Shown one piece after another: positions 22,758 to 29,620 of a stretch of DNA of 29,620 nt (position 1 is the first letter of the stretch; the number at the start of each line of letters is the position of its first letter). The position numbers and the translations under genes are program-made. Source of the stretch: Conidiobolus incongruus B7586 (taxonomy: Eukaryota); the NCBI GenBank assembly GCA_000697335.1, contig JNEM01013675.1, forward strand, positions 62,001 to 91,620, written 5' to 3'. Below the pieces are notes generated by a model, which worked only from the letters and a program-made list of their open reading frames with translations, was not told the origin of the DNA and did not search any database.

Positions 22758-24869
22758 ATGTTATCTTTACCCAAATCTTGGATTTCAGCTTTTTGGGATC
22801 GTACTCCAGCCGAAGACCCTAAAGATAGTGCCAAAGAAAAGACTAGGCCATTGTCCTTCTTTGAGGGTAATTCTTCCCTTGTAGAGAGTTCAGATTCGAT
22901 TGCCGACTTGACATACGGTGAACCTTCCTATCCAATTCACTCTGAAAATTTGCAGGGACCTACTGGTATTTGGAATAGAAGCAAAGGTCCTTACCAAACC
23001 AACAGATGGTGGCAAAATCTCGTGTTGAAGGAGGGTAAGAGTTATTTACCTTTGTATCCTTACATTCTCCAAATGTCAGATAATGGTATGGTCATCTGCT
23101 ATCCAGTTTTGACACCCACAGCCGACTATGTGATCAGTCCATTTGTAGCTAATTGGACTATGAAGATTGGAGAATCAGCTAATATGCCTCGCAAACTGAT
23201 CAACGAGGATGACTTATCTGCAAGCTTGCAATGGGGTAATGATAATGATAACACAAGAATGCGCGCTTATTTCGTCAGAGGATGTCCTTATATCACTATG
23301 GACTTGACCAATACCACCTTAGAATTCTCCACCATTCACGCTATTTTATCAGTTGTCACCTCAAATGGACGTACTACTGTCACTTTTAACAATGGCCAAA
23401 CTTGGGTCTTCTATGCTTCGGCTCCTATCAGCTGGTCGCACACCCTCAACAGACTCGTAACTAATGGCCAATTCAATGGAACTCTTCGTGTTGCTTACGT
23501 CCCCGAAAATATCGATCAGAATCTCCAGGTCTTGGACCAATTCAGATCCACTTACCCTGTTTCAGCTACCGTTGTTTATGAATTCCCTAGCGATCGCCAA
23601 GCTTATATCCATTATAGTTTCAAGAAGCGTGGTGGTAACTTACCAGTGTTGATGTTGAGTTTACCACATCACCAGCAATGCTTAGTGAATCAATCCACCG
23701 TCAATTTGACTGGATATCGATGCATCAAGGGACCAATGACAGCCGTCGTTGGGGATCAGTGGACAATGTTGGAGAACCTGAACACGATCCAGTGGCATGC
23801 CCCCCGTAATGTGGATCCCAATCTAGTCAATGTGATCCAAGAAGCCCTGAAAGAGGATGTCAAACTGGAAATTCCCAATAATGTCCAAGACCCTTATTTT
23901 TACGGCAAATCTTTGGCCAAAATTGCTAAACTCGCATTGATGGCTGAGCACGTCGGTGCCCACTACCTCATTAGTGGAATCGTTGACAAGGCCAAGAGAT
24001 ATATTGAACCCTGGCTCTTGTCTAAGAATCCCAACCCTTTAGTATACGATGGTACTTGGTGTGGTATCGTGACATTAAATGGTTATAGGGATAGCAATGC
24101 AGATTTTGGCAATGGTGCGTACAATGATCATCATTTCCATTATGGCTACTTCGTTTATGCAGCTGCAATTATTGGAAAGTACGATCGCAACTGGCTTAAC
24201 CAGTATAGGGCACATGTCTACGATTTAATCAGAGATTACGCCAATCCCAATGGCAACGATCCCTACTTCCCCAAGTTCAGAATGTTTGATTTCTACGACG
24301 GCCACAGCTGGGCCAGCGGATTATTTGACTTCTTCGACGGAAAGAACCAGGAGAGTACATCCGAAGCTGTGAACTCTTACTATGCCATTTATCTCCTTGG
24401 TCTTGCCTTAAATGACACCAATCTTACCAACCTTGGCAATCTTTTGACCACTATGGAAATCCGATCATGTCGCAGATACTGGCATATGGACAGTAGTCAA
24501 CAACCTCCCGTGTGGCCTGACGTCTTTGCCAAAAACAAGACTGTTGGCATCTTATGGAATACCAAGGTTGACTATGCTACCTGGTTCGGTAAGAATGCTG
24601 AATTCATCCACTGCATCCAAATGCTTCCATTCACTCCAATCTCTCACAACTTGCTGGATCAGAATTGGATTCGCGAATTGTATCCCATCTTGAGCCAAGC
24701 CTTGACTCGCCCAGATCCCCCTATCTCCAGCGGCTGGCGTACTTTCGTCTTCATGGCCAAGGGTATCTTCGACAAGCAAGGCGGTTTGAGAGACTTCTTG
24801 AACTCCGACAGAGGTGTCGATGATGGTAATACTCTTACCAATACTTTATACTGGTTCGCCACTCAATAA
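22758..24869 (+). CDS. Glycoside hydrolase family 81 endo-1,3(4)-beta-glucanase, intronless, ~703 aa, no signal peptide
   Basis: The first in-frame ATG is at 22758 (AAAAATG); the track's 22701 start is a GTG. GH81 motifs: TNRWWQNL, VRGCPYIT, LPHH, IKGPM, DPYFYGK, ADFGNGAYNDHHFHYGYF, LIRDYANP, FRMFDFYDGHSWASGL, GKNQESTSEAVN, GILWNTKVDYATWFG, IHCIQMLPFTP. Confidence 0.95.
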   Translation: MLSLPKSWISAFWDRTPAEDPKDSAKEKTRPLSFFEGNSSLVESSDSIADLTYGEPSYPIHSENLQGPTGIWNRSKGPYQTNRWWQNLVLKEGKSYLPLYPYILQMSDNGMVICYPVLTPTADYVISPFVANWTMKIGESANMPRKLINEDDLSASLQWGNDNDNTRMRAYFVRGCPYITMDLTNTTLEFSTIHAILSVVTSNGRTTVTFNNGQTWVFYASAPISWSHTLNRLVTNGQFNGTLRVAYVPENIDQNLQVLDQFRSTYPVSATVVYEFPSDRQAYIHYSFKKRGGNLPVLMLSLPHHQQCLVNQSTVNLTGYRCIKGPMTAVVGDQWTMLENLNTIQWHAPRNVDPNLVNVIQEALKEDVKLEIPNNVQDPYFYGKSLAKIAKLALMAEHVGAHYLISGIVDKAKRYIEPWLLSKNPNPLVYDGTWCGIVTLNGYRDSNADFGNGAYNDHHFHYGYFVYAAAIIGKYDRNWLNQYRAHVYDLIRDYANPNGNDPYFPKFRMFDFYDGHSWASGLFDFFDGKNQESTSEAVNSYYAIYLLGLALNDTNLTNLGNLLTTMEIRSCRRYWHMDSSQQPPVWPDVFAKNKTVGILWNTKVDYATWFGKNAEFIHCIQMLPFTPISHNLLDQNWIRELYPILSQALTRPDPPISSGWRTFVFMAKGIFDKQGGLRDFLNSDRGVDDGNTLTNTLYWFATQ

Positions 24870-25467
24870 CTCAGACTATGTTTTTCTGAATAAATCTTAT
24901 GTATATAATTAGTCAATATAATATGGTTCATTTTATTTATCGCCACCAGGAATTGAATGACACTTTGAAGATATAAGTAATTCCAATCATAAAATTAATA
25001 TAGGATCCTATTGTATGATCTTAATATATTTCTCATATTAAAATTTATCAAATACAATCATCAAACTATAAATTATAAAACATTAATAACTCTACCAATA
25101 TCATTTAGGAACTAATAAATTCAATTAATTTGGATATTTTTCAATTATTGACGATCTTACAATTTAAAAAAAATTTAAAATTATAATTTTATTAATTATG
25201 TAAATATAAAATATTATAAAACTAATTGGATAATTTTTAAAAATTAAATTTGAATCACTAATTACAATTTGAATGTGATATTGTAATAAAATATATATTT
25301 TTTTATTTTCAAAATTTTAAGTTTTAAAAATATATTAAAGATTATTTTTTAATTGATAATTAATTTAAAAATATCAAAATTGAAAAAAAATTAATTTAAT
25401 AAAAAAGATTTATAATTATTTAATCAATGGCTAGATTCGTATGCTTTAATCTACATAATATACAAAA

Positions 25468-26196
25468 CTATTCATTAACTGGATCGTTGGAGCCTCTCAT
25501 CACAGCTCTAGGTATAGTGGAATTCAAATTGGATATAGATTGAGATACTTGCTCTGTTTCTCTAGCTATATTCGAATTCGACAGTGATTGAGATACTGGC
25601 GCCATATTGACTGTAGAATACATAGGAGGAATATCGCAAGCATCGTTATATCTCGGCAATGTGGAATATGAGCTCTGCGTAACCGTAGTTTGGACGGTTG
25701 GAGGCATCCTGTGCAAATTCAGCTCTCTAATCGCGTCTTTGATCTTAACGATACGAGTGTCCAATTGAATGATGAGGATCATTATTAAACTCAAAGTCAA
25801 TACTATAACTATACCCTTGATGCTGTAGAAATAGGGGGGCAATTCCTTGGAGAACATTTCCATGAAGTAAAAGAAGCAGATGAGGATGATGGCTAAAAAC
25901 GAGATGGATAACATTTTGAAGTAAAAACTGTAGATGAGATTCTTTTTGAATTGATGGAGATTCAATATGGAATTGGTGTCTTTGACGCGTTTTAAACATG
26001 CTTGATAATTACTAATAAAGAGAAGGGACTTCCATCTAGGTACGATATCCTCCTGAAGTCTCGAAAGTGTTGGCTGGGACTGAGATGAACTCGTATCAAC
26101 CCTAATTTGTGTTAATGGCTCTGGAGATGTTGATGCATTCCCATTATTATTAGATTCATTATTATTATATCTAAAATGAAATATACTCCAAATCAT
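25468..26196 (-). CDS. Uncharacterised 2-TM membrane protein with double PY motif (LPRY, PPMY), 242 aa; paralogue of 26673-27278
   Basis: Long ORF in a GC-elevated island. Hydrophobic segments at aa ~87-112 and ~123-143, then a basic stretch and TLPRYNDACDIPPMY (aa 179-193). TATAAA lies ~80 nt upstream (26276-26281). It aligns by eye with the neighbouring ORF. Confidence 0.8.
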   Translation of the reverse strand: MIWSIFHFRYNNNESNNNGNASTSPEPLTQIRVDTSSSQSQPTLSRLQEDIVPRWKSLLFISNYQACLKRVKDTNSILNLHQFKKNLIYSFYFKMLSISFLAIILICFFYFMEMFSKELPPYFYSIKGIVIVLTLSLIMILIIQLDTRIVKIKDAIRELNLHRMPPTVQTTVTQSSYSTLPRYNDACDIPPMYSTVNMAPVSQSLSNSNIARETEQVSQSISNLNSTIPRAVMRGSNDPVNE

Positions 26197-26672
26197 AATA
26201 CTCCAAGAATAAATAGTCTAACCAGTAGTCTAGAGATAAATAACACTACACCAGAAAACATGATCCTAACAAGTATTTATACGACGATCACTCAAAATAG
26301 CAGTCCCAACTTTTATTTTCTAAAAATTCAAATTAATCCAAACTGTATCGAAATTTCCCCTTTTGCCTAATTTAAAAATTTTAAAACGTAATTTTAATTT
26401 TAAATTACTCTTTCATCCTGACTGAATTATCCAATTAAATCACCTCTTAATACATGAAAAAATAAATATTTATTTTATAGTTAAATAATTTGTAATGCGA
26501 AAACCAATTACTATAACAATTATATATATATGTATAAATTTTAATAAATATTTCAAAGTGTTAATTAATTATTTAAAATTTTGAAAATTCTTTTAGATTA
26601 ATTGTTATTTGATTATTTCATTTTTAAATAATGTTCATTTAAATAATATTTACTAATCCTTGTAATAAATTT

Positions 26673-27278
26673 TTAAGGTTCATAGCTTGGTGACGGATCA
26701 TGAGCTATAGATCTCAATGTGTGAGGGTCGTTAGGATAGCTGGGAGGACTTTGACAAGCTACATTGTACAAAGGCAACGTTTGGGATGATACTTGATAAT
26801 CCGAACGCATGGTGAATTCCCTTAGTGTTGGAATGGTGTTACACTTACTGAGAGCTGATCTAACTTGAACATATCTTAGATAAAAAATACAGGAAAATAC
26901 CACTATTAGAGATATTGTTACAATGACTAATGTAACATTGACAATTGAGAATATGCTGTTTAACTGATCATATTTTGATTTGATTAGTATTGATGTTACA
27001 AATATTGTTACAGTAATTAATAAAACAATTAGTAATTCAATAACGAATCCGAGTATCAGATAATTCTGGAATTGCTTCATGGTTTTCTTACTGTTGGAAC
27101 TCAAAGCTGATAGGTAATAGTCATAGTATTTCCATGAAAATATCAGCTGGTACCATTTGAGCTGGTTGTTTTCGCAGGTGATGTTATAGTTCGATTGATT
27201 ATGCTGAGATTCCAATTCATCTTCATTTTCCCTATATACAGGAAAGCATTGAACGAAACGATAATACGACATAATCAT
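26673..27278 (-). CDS. Uncharacterised 2-TM membrane protein with double PY motif (LPLY, PPSY), 201 aa; paralogue of 25468-26196
   Basis: Hydrophobic segments at aa ~73-99 and ~109-134, then RYVQVRSAL and TLPLYNVACQSPPSY (aa 167-181), ending PSPSYEP. TATAAA at 27347-27352. The start could be Met1 or Met3. Confidence 0.8.
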   Translation of the reverse strand: MIMSYYRFVQCFPVYRENEDELESQHNQSNYNITCENNQLKWYQLIFSWKYYDYYLSALSSNSKKTMKQFQNYLILGFVIELLIVLLITVTIFVTSILIKSKYDQLNSIFSIVNVTLVIVTISLIVVFSCIFYLRYVQVRSALSKCNTIPTLREFTMRSDYQVSSQTLPLYNVACQSPPSYPNDPHTLRSIAHDPSPSYEP

Positions 27279-28180
27279 ATTTACAAGTAGTACAACACCA
27301 ATAAACTAACAATATATAATCGAAATATTCTAGTTTAAGCTGAATATTTATAGTCATTCAATAATTTAAATTTCACATGAGTATTTAGCACCTTAATTTA
27401 GGTATTTATACTACATAAAATTGTCTTAAACTATCCAAAATGTAAATTTATTGGACTTTTCTTCTAGTTGATGTAATCACCAACAGGTTATTTATTATTC
27501 TAAATTGGAAATGAAATGCAATATAACATTATTAGAGAAATATATATAAGATGATGAGGTGACAAGTGATATTTTGAAATTCTATGCCTTTAAATATATA
27601 TAATCTAAAATACTAAGATACTAATAACTGTTAACTTGATTTTTATTTAATATTGTACTAGCTTTTTAAAGATGATCTTTAACCTTATGGAATATATCTC
27701 TTTCAAATATTCTGAAAGCAAGTTAAATCAACTGATTAAAATAGCATTATTTTAAATAATCCTAGCTTTTTAACCCGATATCTCATTGTTGATCTATTCC
27801 TTTTCCAATTGTTTCAAACCATAGCCCAAGTGTGTTTTTCCTGAAGTGGTGCGCGCTTCTCGAGTAGGCCAACCAACTCTTCCCAATTTAAAACAAAACC
27901 AACAAAGGCATGATCAAGAAGTGATGTGATACTCTGGTAGACTCTAAAAATTCTCAAAATACTAGGAATTCAACAACACAATTACCTCAAACTATTGAAA
28001 TCTTATTAAATAGAGCAAAGTTCAAATGAGTCTAAATCCAAAGATCATTATTAAGGGTTACATTAAGAATTGCATTAAACTTCACAGATGCTGGCTGCAG
28101 ATTGCATTTCCAATGAATTATATTAAGCGAAAATTTTTCCTTGACTATAATATTATAGATCTATATTATTCTAATTAGCC

Positions 28181-28609
28181 ATAATAATTTTTATCATTTT
28201 TCATTTTTATAAAATGTTTTTAGGCATTTTGCAGTTTCTACCTGATCAAACAAAGTGTGATTCATCCCAATTATAAAAAGAATAGAATTAATAATCAATT
28301 TAATCAATAATATAACCGAAGTGGTAATAAGATTAACCGAAAAATTTTTCTCAAAGCATTATGTATTTGAATTTTATTCAAAAAAAACATTCAAAATAAC
28401 ATCAATATATTACTAATACAACAACAATTCAAATGAGTTATTGATTCCAAGATTATGGTCAAAGTTAAAAAATATCATTATCTAAAAAATTCTCATCTTT
28501 TACCAAGTTGGATATATATGGAAAAAATCACTGGATCTAAGAAAATCTATGGATTTACTGCGGTCAATATGGTTCTCTATCAAATTTTATTTCATTTTAC
28601 ACCAATTAA
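28181..28609 (+). pseudogene. Probable frameshifted pseudogene of a small secreted protein
   Basis: A hydrophobic leader and LPDQTKCDSSQL* (frame 2) are followed by FSKHYVFEFYSKKTFKITSIYY*YNNNSNELLIP (frame 1) and QDYGQS*KISLSKKFSSFTKLDIYGKNHWI*ENLWIYCGQYGSLSNFISFYTN* (frame 2). The protein-like blocks are broken by stops and at least two frameshifts. Confidence 0.45.
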
Positions 28610-28960
28610 TTCAATTTTAATCTTGAAAAAAAAATATTGAAATACTGCAGTTATTATTATATATATCAGACATAGGATAATAATTTTGAAAATATGGGGT
28701 AATTACGGGTCAAAAATAATTACTCTGATACTAAAAATTTCTTAAATATTTTTTAATTAATTTGATTTAAATTTCAAATAATATAACTTACACCATTTTT
28801 AGAAATTTTCTTAATTAGTAAATTAATATATCTCTTAAAATCAAAATTTTGTCTCCATTTATTAATAAAAAAATTTAATATTTTTATTCAAATACCTAAT
28901 AAATTTCAAATATTGTAAAGGAATGGAATATATATTATTGAAAGTAATAATTCATTGTTT

Positions 28961-28979
28961 TAATAATAATAATAATAAT
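28961..28979. repeat. Microsatellite (TAA)6
   Basis: Read directly: taataataataataataat. Confidence 0.8.
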
Positions 28980-29620
28980 CAATTTGTTATTTTATATTTA
29001 ATTTAAAAAACTGATTTAAATTGTTATTTCTATATATATTAACCTATAAAAATAAGTTATAAAATTAAAATTACTTATATATTTACCTATATCTTAAACA
29101 ATTTTTAATTAAATAAATTTAAATTAAAATATATAATTTACCTATATTAGTTGATTATAATTAACTATATTTGATTATATTTTATTAGCTATTGGTTAAT
29201 ATATCAAAATCTAAAATTTAACCAAAATGAGTTATAAATTTGTAGGTATATAAGTTAAAGGGGTATAGATAACAAAACTTATATATATCTTTTTTTTCTT
29301 TTGTTATATTATATATATTATAAAATTATTAAGCTAATATTTTAAAATTAATATTATAATACTTAAATCTCTCTCTACAAAAGTTCACTTATATATTAAT
29401 TAATTTTATAATAAAAATAAATCAACTTATAAGATTTTTAAAATTACTAGTGTTAACTAATCTATTATAGCTAATGCTATTAAAAATAATATTAAAGAAA
29501 CATTTAAATTAAAACTTAAGTATGTTAAAATTATAAATAAATATAATGAAAAGTATATTTATAAATTAGTTAGTATAAGTAAATATAATATTATTATAAA
29601 TATATAACAAGAATTATAAA

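Noticed and set aside
24940..24957. TTCAATTCCTGGTGGCGA (minus strand) resembling a tRNA 3' end
   Set aside because: No 5' T-stem, anticodon arm or D-arm upstream; too short to call.
23464..26370. Short ORFs overlapping GH81 and the 242-aa gene
   Set aside because: Shadow frames; 26176-26370 is antisense to that gene's promoter.
28455..28640. 61-aa plus-strand ORF as an intact gene
   Set aside because: The protein-like signal is in the other two frames (pseudogene call).
1..29620. CRISPR arrays, intact transposons, rRNA, prokaryotic operons or defence systems
   Set aside because: No repeat-spacer array, transposase/RT/integrase motif, LTR/TIR pair or rRNA seen; the DNA is spliceosomal-intron-containing eukaryotic sequence.

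Overview
This is eukaryotic nuclear DNA: very AT-rich intergenic spacers, compact genes and nine inferred 52-66 nt GT-AG introns. The gene content (WDR70, DENND6, RUS family, animal/plant-type serine racemase, GH81) points to an early-diverging fungus. A Conidiobolus-like (Entomophthoromycotina) source is my inference only. Nine protein genes are supported: 5'-truncated WDR70; 2-exon DENND6; 3-exon RUS/DUF647; a 5-exon ribosomal-L1-domain gene (RSL1D1/Utp30-like) that the ORF track almost entirely misses; serine racemase/dehydratase; 3-exon GlcNAc-6-P deacetylase; a GH81 endo-beta-1,3-glucanase without a signal peptide; and two tandem, diverged 2-TM orphan paralogues. The spacers hold two decayed tRNA genes (Pro-UGG, Gln-UUG), a probable frameshifted pseudogene of a small secreted protein, a possible decayed spliced gene, and CpG-free AT-extreme tracts. 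The best novelty candidate is the tandem 2-TM pair, which shares an identically spaced LPxYNxACxxPPxY double PY motif, suggesting an uncharacterised family of Rsp5/NEDD4 membrane adaptors or substrates. All splice models were built by hand and no database search was run.
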